Shown here: positions 1 through 10,332 of the stretch, piece after piece
Position numbering within the stretch: the first letter of the stretch is position 1
Layout: every line of letters begins with the position of its first letter
Origin: an uncultured Deferribacteres bacterium
GTDB lineage: Bacteria; Zhuqueibacterota; JdFR-76; DREG01
Assembly (NCBI GenBank): GCA_913009825.1
Contig: CAJVYQ010000022.1
Coordinates: forward strand, 3,870-67,869
DNA: 64,000 nucleotides
Reading direction: 5' to 3'
Program-made: the position numbers and the translations under genes
The notes under the pieces: generated by a model
The model's input: only the letters and a program-made list of their open reading frames with translations
Database searches by the model: none
What the model was told of the DNA's origin: nothing

Positions 1-349
1 AAATATCCGGGAACTTTCCATCGAATTAACCGCATTGGCGGAAAAAGCGAGGAACAGAAAACTATCTCCCGATGATCTTCAGGGTGGGAATTTTTCCGTT
101 TCCAACCTGGGCGGCATCGGCGGAACTTATTTTACGCCGGTGGTTAATGCGCCGGAGGTTGCTGTTTTAGGCGTCTCGCGCTCATCCATGCAGCCGGTGT
201 ATAACGACGGCCAATTTCAACCCAAACTGATGCTTCCGCTCTCCCTGTCTTACGACCACCGGATCATCGATGGCGCAGACGCCGTCCGGTTCCTGCGTTG
301 GGTGGTTGAAGCGCTGGAGAAACCGTTCCTCATTTTATTGGCGGGGTAG
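1..349 (+). CDS. Dihydrolipoamide acyltransferase (E2 of a 2-oxoacid dehydrogenase complex), C-terminal catalytic domain; 5' end lies outside the window
   Basis: Frame 2 is open from base 2 to the stop at 347-349. Translation carries the E2 catalytic signature [18 protein letters not shown] (DHRxxDG). E3 gene follows 35 bp downstream. Confidence 0.9.
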   Translation, partial: NIRELSIELTALAEKARNRKLSPDDLQGGNFSVSNLGGIGGTYFTPVVNAPEVAVLGVSRSSMQPVYNDGQFQPKLMLPLSLSYDHRIIDGADAVRFLRWVVEALEKPFLILLAG

Positions 350-384
350 CTACCTTTTTTTGAACCGTTATAGTGGAGAAGCAA

Positions 385-1815
385 ATGTCAGATAAACAAA
401 CACAAACTCAATTGGCGGTGATCGGCAGCGGTCCCGGCGGATATGCCGCAGCATTTTTGGCGGCGGATTTGGGCATGGACGTAACACTCATCGACACTGC
501 ACCGAATCCGGGCGGGGTTTGCCTCTACCGGGGGTGTATTCCGTCCAAAGCCCTGCTTCATGTGGCCAAATTGCTGAGCGAAGCAAAAGAAGCAAAAAAC
601 TGGGGCATTTCCTTTTCCGAACCCAAAATTGATTTGCCCCGACTGCGGGAGTGGAAAAACAGTGTGGTGGCACAATTAACCGGCGGACTCGGCCGGTTGA
701 GTAAGCAAAGAAAAGTAAATTTCATCCGTGGAAAAGCAACTTTTAACGATTCCCAATCCCTTAAAATTAACACGGTGGCAGGAGCAGCACAGAAATTGAT
801 CTTTCAACAGGCTGTATTGGCAACCGGTTCTCATCCGGTAACTTTGCCGGGAGTCCCGGTCGATTCCCCGCTGGTGATGGATTCCTCGGCCGCTCTGGCT
901 TTGGAAACATTACCGAAATCCATGTTGGTTGTGGGGGGCGGCTACATCGGTTTGGAACTGGGGACGGTGTATGCTTCCCTGGGGACAAAAGTGACCGTCG
1001 TTGAGATGTTACCTGGCTTGCTTCCGGGTGCCGACCGGGATCTGATTGCAGTTCTGGCTAAAAAACTAAATTCCGCTTTTACGGAGATCATGCTGGAAAC
1101 CACGGTAAAAAATATCCGGGTTAAAAAAAACGGTGTTTCCGTTCAATTCCAAACCGGGAATGGGACGGAGTTGAAAAAAGATTACGAGAAAGTTTTGATC
1201 GCCGTCGGCCGCAAACCCAATTCTGCTAATTTGGGATTGGAAAATACAAAGGTTCAAACCGATGAAAAATGGTTTGTGAAAGTCGATGCCCAGCGAAGAA
1301 CCGGTGATCCGGCCATTTTTGCTATTGGCGATGTTGCCGGGGAACCGATGCTGGCGCACAAGGCTGCTCACGAAGGCCGGACGGCGGTTGAAGTAATTGC
1401 CGGGGGAAAATCTGTTTTCGAACCGCGGGCAATTCCGGCAGTTGTTTTTACCGACCCGGAGTTAGCCTGGTGCGGCTTGACGGAATCGGAAGCGAAGAAA
1501 CAGAAGCGGGAAGTGAGCGTTACCCGCTTTCCGTGGGCCGCTTCCGGCCGGGCTGCAACGCTTGGCAGAAGCGATGGACTGACAAAAATAATATTTGATT
1601 CCCAAACGGAACGGGTATTAGGGGTCGGAATTGTCGGTCCCGGTGCCGGTGAACTGATTTCTGAAGCGGTTCTGGCCGTAGAAATGGCGGCGGTGGCCAA
1701 AGATCTGGAACTGACCATTCATCCCCATCCCACGCTCTCGGAAACGGTGATGGAGTCGGCAGCCATGTTGTTTGGCACCGGCACGCATATCTATCGGCCG
1801 AAGAGGAAGAGATAG
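385..1815 (+). CDS. lpdA: Dihydrolipoyl dehydrogenase (E3)
   Basis: Class I pyridine nucleotide-disulfide oxidoreductase redox motif GGVCLYRGCIPSKALL; FAD and NAD Rossmann motifs (GSGPGG, VVGGGYIGLE). ATG at 385 is preceded by GGAGAAG; the track ORF begins at an upstream GTG (373). Confidence 0.9.
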   Translation: MSDKQTQTQLAVIGSGPGGYAAAFLAADLGMDVTLIDTAPNPGGVCLYRGCIPSKALLHVAKLLSEAKEAKNWGISFSEPKIDLPRLREWKNSVVAQLTGGLGRLSKQRKVNFIRGKATFNDSQSLKINTVAGAAQKLIFQQAVLATGSHPVTLPGVPVDSPLVMDSSAALALETLPKSMLVVGGGYIGLELGTVYASLGTKVTVVEMLPGLLPGADRDLIAVLAKKLNSAFTEIMLETTVKNIRVKKNGVSVQFQTGNGTELKKDYEKVLIAVGRKPNSANLGLENTKVQTDEKWFVKVDAQRRTGDPAIFAIGDVAGEPMLAHKAAHEGRTAVEVIAGGKSVFEPRAIPAVVFTDPELAWCGLTESEAKKQKREVSVTRFPWAASGRAATLGRSDGLTKIIFDSQTERVLGVGIVGPGAGELISEAVLAVEMAAVAKDLELTIHPHPTLSETVMESAAMLFGTGTHIYRPKRKR

Positions 1816-1838
1816 AGACAAGTAAAACCGGGAGATGA

Positions 1839-1973
1839 AAAAAGAATTATGGCAGAACCTGTATGGGCACTTTCAGAACTACGGTTATTATCGATGAAGA
1901 AGGGAAGGTGAAGCATGTGTTCGAAAAAGTGAAAGCAGCAGGACATGCCGGGGAAGTTTTGTCCTGCTTATAG
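1839..1973 (+). pseudogene. C-terminal remnant of a peroxiredoxin (Bcp-like thiol peroxidase)
   Basis: Open frame without usable start translates to ...[40 protein letters not shown], matching the C-terminal ~40 aa of Bcp-type peroxiredoxins; the catalytic N-terminal part is absent. Confidence 0.5.
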
Positions 1974-2072
1974 TTGTGATTTCTGCAGATGAAGTGCAAA
2001 TTTTACTTGCTTTAAAAAGGGAATCCGTTTATATTTCAATAACATTTTAATGCCGGTTTTTTACAGGCAATT

Positions 2073-2147
<75 letters not shown>

Positions 2148-2556
2148 AGAAGTCATCCCGGTTCTAATCGGCATGTCGCCCATAAGTTCAATTTTGGTAG
2201 AAAAAACAGAACAAGTCCGATTAAGTGTCGGGCTTTTTTGTTAGCGGATTTATTTTACGACTTGCAAAATTTACTTGAGCATGATGGCGCTTTTATCAGG
2301 AATTTGTAGTTGTTTGGCATGCCTCAGCCAATGACTTAAATTGTGGACTGATAAGGAAAAAGGCGTTAGCCATCATTACGAGGCAATGGCTGAAGGCGTT
2401 GAAGGGATTTTCAGATGAACCGTTATTGAAAGGAAAATGATCGGATTGAATTTGTTGAGACGTTTCTTTAGTTCAGATAAAGCGCTCCGACAAATCTGGG
2501 CGTTTCTCTTCGGAAAGGTTTAAGTTGGAGACAGGTAATTTCTGGTAGTGAAATTT

Positions 2557-2769
2557 TCATTTGTAGTAAATGGAAATAAACGATCCTTCGCTTGAAATGC
2601 TGCATTGGGAAATTTTTGCATCTTTCCGGTTGGAAATGCGCTTGCGAATCTGTTCTTTTAATTCATCACTCGATCTGAATTGTCCGATGAAAATTACATC
2701 TTCGTCATATTGGCTGTATGGCTGGTTGGATGCTGATTCCATATCTATTTTATCCTGATCCGGTTTCAA
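2557..2769 (-). CDS. Hypothetical small protein (70 aa)
   Basis: ORF with TTG start preceded by GAGGAG (RBS-like); no recognisable domain. May be spurious. Confidence 0.3.
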   Translation of the reverse strand: MKPDQDKIDMESASNQPYSQYDEDVIFIGQFRSSDELKEQIRKRISNRKDAKISQCSISSEGSFISIYYK

Positions 2770-3172
2770 TTTTTCTCCTCAAAATTAGAACGTCTATTTA
2801 TAGGACGCTTAATAAAACAAAATAGTTTACCGTTTTTTTCTTTTTGATAAAATTTGTTGTTGAATGTTAAACAATAAAAATCTTTTTATTCAGATAGATT
2901 TTTTTTGTAACATATTACTTCTTTTTGAAATGAAACGCCCAATTTTCATTCCCGCATGATTTAAGCGGCTGCCTGTTGCAGACAAACCAATAATTAGTGT
3001 TTGTCAAAGAACTAAAATGTAACATTTTTATATAAAATCTTACTAAATAGATAAAATTTTTCTTGACTTTGCATTTTTACATTGGTAAACTTAAGTCAGT
3101 ATTAATAATACCCTATTAAATAATTTTATTTAACGCAATCTAATTGCAAATCGTTTCCCAACCGGAGTATTT

Positions 3173-3538
3173 ATGAGCAGAGGAAAATTAAGATTTATTG
3201 AAGAAATGAGAGGTGACGTTACCGTTCTTCACCTGAACGGAAAATTAATCGGTGATGAGGAAACGAAAAAATTGAGTAACCGTATTAAAGAGTTAATTGC
3301 AACGGGAACAAAGCATTTTGTCATCAATTTGAGTCAGGTGAACTGGATCAACAGCAGCGGAATCGGCGCTTTAATTGCCTGCATGACCAGTGTGCGTAAC
3401 GGCGGCGGCGATTTGCGACTGGCAATTTTGACGAATGCGGCAAAAAAATATTTTAAAATCATGAATTTGGATACTGTCATCAAAATATATGATAACGCAA
3501 ACGATGCGGTTAAAAGTTTCACCGAAGAAAATAGGTAG
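3173..3538 (+). CDS. STAS-domain protein (anti-sigma factor antagonist, SpoIIAA-like)
   Basis: 121 aa; STAS pattern with the conserved phosphorylatable serine context (INLSQVNWINSSGIGALI) and C-terminal LDTVIKIY motif. Confidence 0.8.
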   Translation: MSRGKLRFIEEMRGDVTVLHLNGKLIGDEETKKLSNRIKELIATGTKHFVINLSQVNWINSSGIGALIACMTSVRNGGGDLRLAILTNAAKKYFKIMNLDTVIKIYDNANDAVKSFTEENR

Positions 3539-3853
3539 GCGAAAAGCCGGTAGAATAACACACCGCAACGGTCTGATTTTCCAACTAAACAATATGAATG
3601 AGCAAGAGAAAATGAAGGGGGAAATGCTCTATTCAGCTTACCTCATCACTGTTCTGTTTTTTCTCTTCCTCAGCAAAGGACATGCCTGTACAAATTTTTT
3701 AGTTTGGTGAATGCATATTATTTTTATTTTGTTCTGTGCAGGTAAAAAGTAATATATAAAAAAAATGCTAACCCGGCGCTCATCGTGTCAAGTTAAATCC
3801 GTGTCGTTGGGATTCTCTAAACAGGGATGAAATTCGACATTATTATCCAGTTG

Positions 3854-5017
3854 GTGCGAACTGATCATATCCGGTTCAAGTGCCACCTGCTCAAAGCCTA
3901 ACCAACAAAGCAGTAGTGAACCTCACGTGTAAACTCAGTAATGAGAATGCGAAGCTGAGGGAATCAAGAATGCAGGCTGCGTCACTGAGCCCTGAAATAT
4001 GTATAGTTGTGGTTTTTTAGATAATTCCCGATCTGTATTAGGGAAGAAAGCCGACGGCTTTGAGCTGTCCGGAAGGCAGAAGTCTTGCAAGCGGGGCATA
4101 TTTTCACAGGGATAATCCGGGAACTTGTCTGCCCGTCCGCAGGCGGGAGAGAGCCAACTGTCTCCTTGCAAGATTGCGGTCATGGGAGTACCAATCCGGG
4201 AAGGGCAAACCCCTGGCTTTTGTAAGGTTTTGCTCTACCCTTACAAGAGAGTCCGAGCAGGAATACCACGAATAAGGGAGCATGCGAAGGTATCCGGTAG
4301 CGATAGCTAACAGCGAAGTGGCCGGAGAAGGGCTTTTGGCAGTCTTAGTGGAACATAGTAGTGAAGATTTGTGAGTCATTTCTCACACATCGTGCAGATG
4401 GGGAAGTATACCAAGCCCAAGCGACCCACTGTATCCGCCATCAGACCGGTGGACATTCCCAAAGACAGGAATGGCGAATGTGACACCGGGCATAACGAAC
4501 CACTTTAGGGAATTATAGGAAAAACACAGAGTTTAGCAGCCATATCACCGAAACTGGAGAGAATTGCAGAGCTTGCAGAAACAGATTCAGAGCGGCAGTT
4601 TATTTCCGCAGCACATTTGTTAAACGTTGAATTGCTTTACGAGTCATTCAGGCAATTACGTAAAGACGCTGCGAGTGGCGTATCCGGCGTAACAGCGTAT
4701 GAATATGCAGAACGCTTCGAAGAGAATCTTGGAAATCTACATGACAGATTACGGACGAAGCGTTATATTGCACCGCCGGTAAAAGGAGTGTTGATAGACA
4801 AGGAGAAAGGCAGGCAGCGTCCACTTGGCATCCCAGAGCATGCAATTTGAAAGCATTTGTAAGTGGGCGGCAAAGTTATGCGCTCTGTCCTTTTCGGACA
4901 GAATTATACAACCGCTGATAAGCTATCTCTTAGTGCGGTTGTATACCGAAGAACCGTATGTGGTAATCCCACAAGTACGGATCTGTGGGGGGAGCGGCGA
5001 GTAATCGCCGATTCTAC
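3854..5017 (+). mobile_element. Degenerate group II intron-like element (RT ORF truncated); boundaries approximate
   Basis: GTGCG at 3854 (typical intron 5' end); GC-rich non-coding structured stretch 3860-4520; reverse-transcriptase N-terminal fragment; 34-nt domain-V-like hairpin at 4950-4984 (GAACCGTATGTGG-TAAT-CCCACAAGTACGGATC, 2-nt bulge on the 3' strand); domain-VI-like hairpin 4993-5014 with a bulged A about 7 nt before the proposed 3' end. Confidence 0.5.
4525..4850 (+). pseudogene. Reverse transcriptase (group II intron-type) N-terminal fragment
   Basis: Translation ...LLNVELLYESFRQLRKDAASGVSGVTAYEYAERFEENLGNLHDRLRTKRYIAPPVKGVLIDKEKGRQRPLGIP matches RT domain 0/1 and stops right after GIP; the finger/palm domains and maturase region are missing. 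Confidence 0.55.
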
Positions 5018-5019
5018 CT

Positions 5020-5649
5020 GGAAGCAGGTATGAAGTCAATACTATACTTGCAAAAGTACATACCTTCAGGCATCGGGTTTGTCTGAAAACAATCTACTCC
5101 TGCGGATTACGCCTGAATGAAGGCATTCATCTCCAGGTGTGTGACATCAACAGCGACCCCGAGCAGATGCTCGTCCATGTACGGTTTGCAAAAAGAGGAA
5201 TGCAGAGATTCGTGCCGTTGCCGAGTACCACCTTGAATATGCTCAGAGAACTATGGATGACTCACAAAAATCCTGTATGTTTCTTCCCGGCAACAGGCCG
5301 CGGTAGGGGTAAGACCAGTATGACTTCCGCAACTGAACCGGTCTCCAGAACCACCATACAAGATGCTTTCAGAGCAGCGCTCAAAGAAAGCGGTATCCGT
5401 AAAAGAGCTTCCGTGCATACATTACGTCATTCTTATGCCACTCATCTGTTGGAAAAAGGCGTTAACTTAAGGCTGATCCAGCAGTATCTGGGACATCGTT
5501 CGCCTCGTACCACCGCTATTTATACTCATTTGACCAAAACTGCTTTTGAAGCCGGATACCTGTCTGCTACAGGCAGGCAAGGCCATCGAAGAATTAATGA
5601 CCGATATTTAGCTACGACACAGACAACCTCCCGCGTTAAAAGAAACTAA
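5020..5649 (+). pseudogene. Tyrosine recombinase (phage integrase family), catalytic-domain fragment without N-terminal domain
   Basis: Open frame from 5005; ...CLKTIYSCGLRLNEGIHLQVCDIN...VHVRFAKRGMQRFVPL...HTLRHSYATHLLEKGVNLRLIQQYLGHRSPRTTAIYTHL carries the R..HxxR..Y catalytic signature. The only start is a GTG at 5137; no core-binding domain upstream. Confidence 0.7.
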
Positions 5650-5664
5650 AACATTGAGATTGCT

Positions 5665-6313
5665 ATGTTAGAAATGGCTGATATTTTCCGTCAGTACGGA
5701 CACCAATACATCGATCAATACGGTGAAAAAATGCTGCCGGGACACAAGCGAGTTATCCGTAATCTTCCGGGCCAAGTTCCGCGATGCTCTGAAACAAACC
5801 GACCTGTTTGATAAAGTGCCGCATGTGGTTTGGAAAAAAGATTGGGTGGTTCATGCCAAAGAGGCAGGAAACGGTGAAAACGTGCTCAAGTATTTCGCTC
5901 CTTATGTCTACCGGGTGGCTATCAGCAACAGAAATCTGGTTAAGCTGGAAAACGACCACGTTACCTTCCGGTTTAAGGACAGCAAGACAAAGCAGTGGAA
6001 GATGATGACGTTGCCTGTCTTTAAGTTTATGCATCGTTTCTTACAGCATGTACTGCCGAAAGGGTTCAAGAAAATACGATATTACGGATTCCTCAGTTCC
6101 AACAACAAACTCACGCTGAATCTGCTGAAATACCGACTGGGAACCCCTAAATCCAAAACCGATGAAGTCGGCGATGAACCGGAAAAAGACGGCAACGGGA
6201 TTCATCACACAACAAAAAAACACATCTGTCCCGTGTGTGGAAAACCGATGGTGTTGGTGGCTGTCATTTCCCGGTTCAGCAGAGACCCCCCCGTAAATCG
6301 GGCGGCGGCATAA
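5665..6313 (+). mobile_element. IS91-family transposase gene remnant (internal deletion/frameshift)
   Basis: N-terminal piece MLEMADIFRQYGHQYIDQYGEKMLPGHKRVIRNL (5665-5811) resembles IS91-family N-termini. A second frame (5723-6313) encodes the C-terminal region VLKYFAPYVYRVAISNRNL...VTFRFKD...MMTL...FLQHVLPKGFKKIRYYGFLS. The zinc-finger/HUH core between them is missing. Confidence 0.7.
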
Positions 6314-6630
6314 GTAGTAATAAAACAGACATATATGGCATCGATAGCTTGACTTTTTCAAAAAACGCGATCCGGGGGAACAGGATCCGTATGTCCTTAT
6401 CAGCCAAAATGAGGCGAAATGAACGTATGAAACGGAAATATGGATGTCAAAGAACAGGACAAAAACATGAGACTGAGCTTTTTGTCCGAATATTTGCTCA
6501 AATTGTCAACAATAGCCGGGCTCTGGTCAGAAACAGACCGGTTACGAAAACCTCAATACAGCAAACCAATGTTCCGGACTGAGTTATAAACCGGAAATCT
6601 GCTCTGTACAAGCGGCTTCGTCCAACCCAG

Positions 6631-6757
6631 GATTAGTGTGGTGGCTTCTTGCAATCCGGAACGTCTTCCTTATTTAAAACTTTTGTGATAGTTAAATTAA
6701 CCTCTGCTATTTTACCCGGCGCACCACACTAATCCCTTATTCGTTACTAATCCCTTA
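6631..6757. repeat. 14-bp inverted repeat (GGATTAGTGTGGTG / CACCACACTAATCC) followed by a tandem 18-bp direct repeat (ACTAATCCCTTATTCGTT x2)
   Basis: Read directly from sequence: arms at 6631-6644 and 6722-6735; the tandem repeat lies at about 6720-6757. Confidence 0.5.
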
Positions 6758-6781
6758 TTCGTTTATGTTGCTAATTTATAA

Positions 6782-7588
6782 TTATTGTTTTAACCATTCA
6801 ATTGCACTCTCTAACATCTCATTATTAACTGAATGACCGCCCATAAAATCCCGAAACGTCACATCATAACCAAAATTTGAGAGAACATTCTTCGCTTTAA
6901 TTCCTAATTCATATTTCACCCTTTTATCATCTTTTCCATGAGCAATAAATATCCTTAAACTTTTAGCAGATTTGATATCATCTTTTTCAAGCCAATTATC
7001 ATCTTTTTCACCAGTAAAAGGGGAAATCAACGGTTCTAACAAACCGGGGCCTGAATGAATGATAAGCCCTTCATATAAATTGGGATTTCTTATACCGGCG
7101 ATATACGCAAAAACGGCTCCTTGAGAAAAACCAAATAAATAGATATCTCCAATATTATATTGTTTCTTCAACGACATTGCTAAATCGCTTACGTATTTCA
7201 CAACTAAATTTGATGCACGTTCAATTAATATCTTATTTCCAGTTGGCCATAAGGCCCAATCATATCCCAATTTCTTATCAACTAACCAGGGATAAGGAGC
7301 TTGAGGAACCGCATAAATAAAATCTGTAATATTTAAACTATCCCAAATTGTAATAAACCGTTCAAGACTACTTCCACCACCATGTAAACCTATTACAAGT
7401 ATATACTTATTTTGAGGATCATAATTTACCGGAAGTTTAATGTTACATTTAAAAAGTGCACTACTTTCAAAATAGATCGGGTTTGTTTTGTTATTACGTG
7501 TTGAATCAATCTGGGATTTTTGAGCATAAATGGAAGACGTGAAAGAAAAAACTAAAAAAAAGAAAAACAGATTTTTAGATTTTGTCAT
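6782..7588 (-). CDS. Secreted alpha/beta-hydrolase (phospholipase/carboxylesterase family)
   Basis: N-terminal signal peptide (MTKSKNLFFFFLVFSFTSSIYA); GFSQGA nucleophile elbow (GxSxG); HGGGS oxyanion region; C-terminal HGKDD. Confidence 0.75.
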   Translation of the reverse strand: MTKSKNLFFFFLVFSFTSSIYAQKSQIDSTRNNKTNPIYFESSALFKCNIKLPVNYDPQNKYILVIGLHGGGSSLERFITIWDSLNITDFIYAVPQAPYPWLVDKKLGYDWALWPTGNKILIERASNLVVKYVSDLAMSLKKQYNIGDIYLFGFSQGAVFAYIAGIRNPNLYEGLIIHSGPGLLEPLISPFTGEKDDNWLEKDDIKSAKSLRIFIAHGKDDKRVKYELGIKAKNVLSNFGYDVTFRDFMGGHSVNNEMLESAIEWLKQ

Positions 7589-8060
7589 TTGAACCTCCTC
7601 TTAAATGAATTCAGTTGCAAGTGAATCTATACTTTAGCAACATAACGGTTTGGGTATCAGCCGATTTTACAGCAGGAGACTTACCTCATTAATAGCATAT
7701 AACTACAACCAAAACCGAACTGAAAAACCAAAAAACTACCGGCTGTAAAATTCGGCTGCACACCCTTGTTAGGGCATTACGTTTGAAAATTGAAATGAGC
7801 GCCGTTTTGCCAAATCAATGATTTTATTAACGTATATTTTTTTTATTTCGATTCTTACTTCTTATTTAATTGTAAACTTAATAAATACCATATTTTTCTT
7901 AACGCGACACTGGTGATTCCAACATTATATTTAGAAAAAAATAGAGCGTGAACAACGTATTTGTAAAATAAACCGGAACGAGGATTAAGTCAAGGAATAA
8001 ATTGATGAAAATGGAAAGTTCAGGCAAAAAAAAAGCGAGAAGTATTTCTCGCTTTTTCCG

Positions 8061-8133
8061 CGTCCCCAAGGGGAGTCGAACCCCTGTTGCAGGATCGAAA
8101 ATCCTGAGTCCTGGGCCACTAGACGATGGGGAC
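8061..8133 (-). tRNA. tRNA-Glu (anticodon TTC)
   Basis: Reverse complement reads GTCCCCATCGTCTAGTGGCCCAGGACTCAGGATTTTCGATCCTGCAACAGGGGTTCGACTCCCCTTGGGGACG; anticodon arm CAGGA-TTTTCGA-TCCTG; closely resembles canonical bacterial tRNA-Glu. Confidence 0.85.
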
Positions 8134-8182
8134 GTTCGAGAGTGAATCTATGTTGGTTATGAATCTAATCCATAAATCCATG

Positions 8183-8256
8183 GGTGAGAGACGGGACTTG
8201 AACCCGCGACCGCCAGGGCCACAACCTGGTGCTCTGCCAGTTGAGCTACTCCCACC
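8183..8256 (-). tRNA. tRNA-His (anticodon GTG)
   Basis: Reverse complement G(-1)GTGGGAGTAGCTCAACTGGCAGAGCACCAGGTTGTGGCCCTGGCGGTCGCGGGTTCAAGTCCCGTCTCTCACC; anticodon loop TTGTGGC; extra 5' G typical of tRNA-His. Confidence 0.85.
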
Positions 8257-8343
8257 ATTACCAATTGCCGTTTTTACAAAACGACTACAAATATAAATTG
8301 ATTTTTCCCGAAATGCAAGAAAAAATTCAAAATATTTTTTTAG

Positions 8344-9621
8344 CTAAGCCTTCCAGGTTTTTAAAATCCGGAAGTTTTTTTTACGTTCCGGAAGATTTTT
8401 TACGCCGGTCTTAAAGCCCAATATTTCCAAAGCAGAGGATAGGTTTCCATTTTCTCGCGGCAATATAACCGTTGTGTGATAAAATTCCCGGCGCACAGGA
8501 TACGTCTTCCGCAATTGTTCAAAATAATCCGCAGCGTCGGTTTCATTCAATTGTTGAATCTTCCGCAGATTAACATCATCCGCCCGGATATCGTAAATCT
8601 GTCTGACCGTGTCTGCCAATAAAGATTCAGGCCGGTTTTCCCCACCGGACAATCGGATCTTCTTTTTTTCCGGTTCGGGCAGAGAATTTTCCGGCCGCCA
8701 CCGGGGTCGAATGTGAAATCGCTTGCATACCGCCTGATAGACCTGAAACACACCGTTTACTTTCCCGTCCAGAGAATAGCCGGCAATATGCGGTGTGCCC
8801 AATTCAATTAACGGGAGTAATTCCCGGTCGATGGCCGGTTCATTTTCCCAGACGTCCAGCACGGCGGTTTTTAAGCAGCGGGTCTGCAGCGCTTTTTTTA
8901 CGGCTGCATTATCCACCACGGCGCCGCGGGAGGAATTGATAAGCACACTGCCCGGTTTCATTCTGGCAATCCTGTTTTTATCAAATAAGTGGTATGTTTT
9001 GTCCCGGCCGCTCATGGTTAACGGCACATGCAGTGTGATGATATCCGCCTGCAACAGATCGTTCAGCGGCAAATAATGCGGCGCGCCCGTTTGCCGGGCC
9101 AGAGGCGGATCATTGTGAAGAACGGTCATCCCCAACTCCGCGGCCTTCCGGGCTACAATTTTACCGATATTGCCCATGCCAACCACACTCATTTTCAGAC
9201 CCGACAACTGCCAATCAAACCGGACGGCCAGCTCGAGAACGGCCGCCATCACATATTCGGCCACCGAGTTGGCATTTGAACCGGCGGCGTTGGCAAAAGC
9301 AATTTTTTCTCCGGCAAGATACTTCGTATCTATGTGGTCAACTCCGATGGTAACACTGCACACCATTTTTATTTTTGAACCGTGCAGTAATCTCGCATCT
9401 ACTTTGGTGACAGAACGCACCAGAAGAATATCGGCATTTTTAAGCATGGCGGACTTTATCTCCCGGCCCGGAAAAAGCTCCACGCTGCCAATATGAGCGA
9501 AAGCATCGGCAGCAAAAGGGATGTTTTCATCAGCGACAATTTTTATGTTCAACAAGCCCTCCGCTATTTTGCGCTTGATAAATTGAATTTTTCGGTTTAA
9601 CTTCGTATTGTTTTCAATCAT
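8344..9621 (-). CDS. pdxB: Erythronate-4-phosphate dehydrogenase
   Basis: D-isomer 2-hydroxyacid dehydrogenase fold (GVGNIG NAD motif) plus the PdxB-specific C-terminal domain (TPHIAGYSLDGK, IYDIRADDVNLRKI). Start chosen at the ATG giving MIENN...; the track ORF extends further upstream. Confidence 0.85.
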   Translation of the reverse strand: MIENNTKLNRKIQFIKRKIAEGLLNIKIVADENIPFAADAFAHIGSVELFPGREIKSAMLKNADILLVRSVTKVDARLLHGSKIKMVCSVTIGVDHIDTKYLAGEKIAFANAAGSNANSVAEYVMAAVLELAVRFDWQLSGLKMSVVGMGNIGKIVARKAAELGMTVLHNDPPLARQTGAPHYLPLNDLLQADIITLHVPLTMSGRDKTYHLFDKNRIARMKPGSVLINSSRGAVVDNAAVKKALQTRCLKTAVLDVWENEPAIDRELLPLIELGTPHIAGYSLDGKVNGVFQVYQAVCKRFHIRPRWRPENSLPEPEKKKIRLSGGENRPESLLADTVRQIYDIRADDVNLRKIQQLNETDAADYFEQLRKTYPVRREFYHTTVILPRENGNLSSALEILGFKTGVKNLPERKKNFRILKTWKA

Positions 9622-9706
9622 TGTTTTTACACAGTAGAAAATCAAGAGCAATCTTGCAAGGTTTTTTTGTTTCTCGCCGGAGAAATAAGAAAAACAGGGA
9701 GGCTGC

Positions 9707-10318
9707 GTGGCTGAAGTTTTTCGTATAAATCCCGACAATCCGCAGGGAAGGCTGATCAGAAAAGCTGCCGAAGTGCTGGAACGTGGCGGGGTTATCATTT
9801 ATCCTACGGATACGGTGTACGGTATTGGCTGCGATATTTTCAACAAAAAAGCGATCGAACGAATTTATCAATTGAAGGGCAAAATACGGAAACAGCCGTT
9901 AAGTTTCATTGTGCCCGATCTCAAGGAGATCAGCACGTATGCCATTGTTTCCAACTACGCTTATCGGATTATGCGGAAATTGTTGCCCGGTCCATATACG
10001 TTTGTCTTACCGGCAACAAAGATGGTGCCCAAAAAAATAGCCGAAGTAAATAAAAAATCCATTGGCATCCGCATTCCGGATAATAATGTTTGTCACCTTC
10101 TACTGGAAGAATTTCCGCGTCCGATCATCAGCACCAGCGCCAATTTATCCGGCGCCGATGTCCTGAATGATCCCGAAGTGATCCGGGATGAAATGGGAAA
10201 ATTGGTGGATGTTATTCTGGATTGCGGTATTCTGGGTCTGGATGCTTCAACCGTGATCGATTTGACCGGCGACGATGCAAAAATCCTGCGCCAGGGAAAA
10301 GGCCCGTTCCCTATTTGA
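9707..10318 (+). CDS. tsaC: L-threonylcarbamoyladenylate synthase (YrdC/Sua5 family)
   Basis: YrdC signature IIYPTDTVYGIGCD and STSANLSG; 203 aa; GTG start. Confidence 0.85.
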   Translation: MAEVFRINPDNPQGRLIRKAAEVLERGGVIIYPTDTVYGIGCDIFNKKAIERIYQLKGKIRKQPLSFIVPDLKEISTYAIVSNYAYRIMRKLLPGPYTFVLPATKMVPKKIAEVNKKSIGIRIPDNNVCHLLLEEFPRPIISTSANLSGADVLNDPEVIRDEMGKLVDVILDCGILGLDASTVIDLTGDDAKILRQGKGPFPI

Positions 10319-10332
10319 CCCGGCGCAGAACG

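Noticed and set aside
388-1821. Multiple minus-strand ORFs (61-116 aa) inside the lpdA coding region
   Set aside because: Antisense shadow ORFs within a well-supported, motif-rich gene; no start context or domain.
3489-3710. 73-aa + strand ORF overlapping the STAS gene 3' end
   Set aside because: Overlaps a supported gene out of frame and extends into AT-rich intergenic sequence; no start context.
6235-6582. 115-aa + strand ORF downstream of the IS91 remnant
   Set aside because: Overlaps the end of the transposase remnant in another frame, arginine/lysine-rich with no domain; likely non-coding element sequence.
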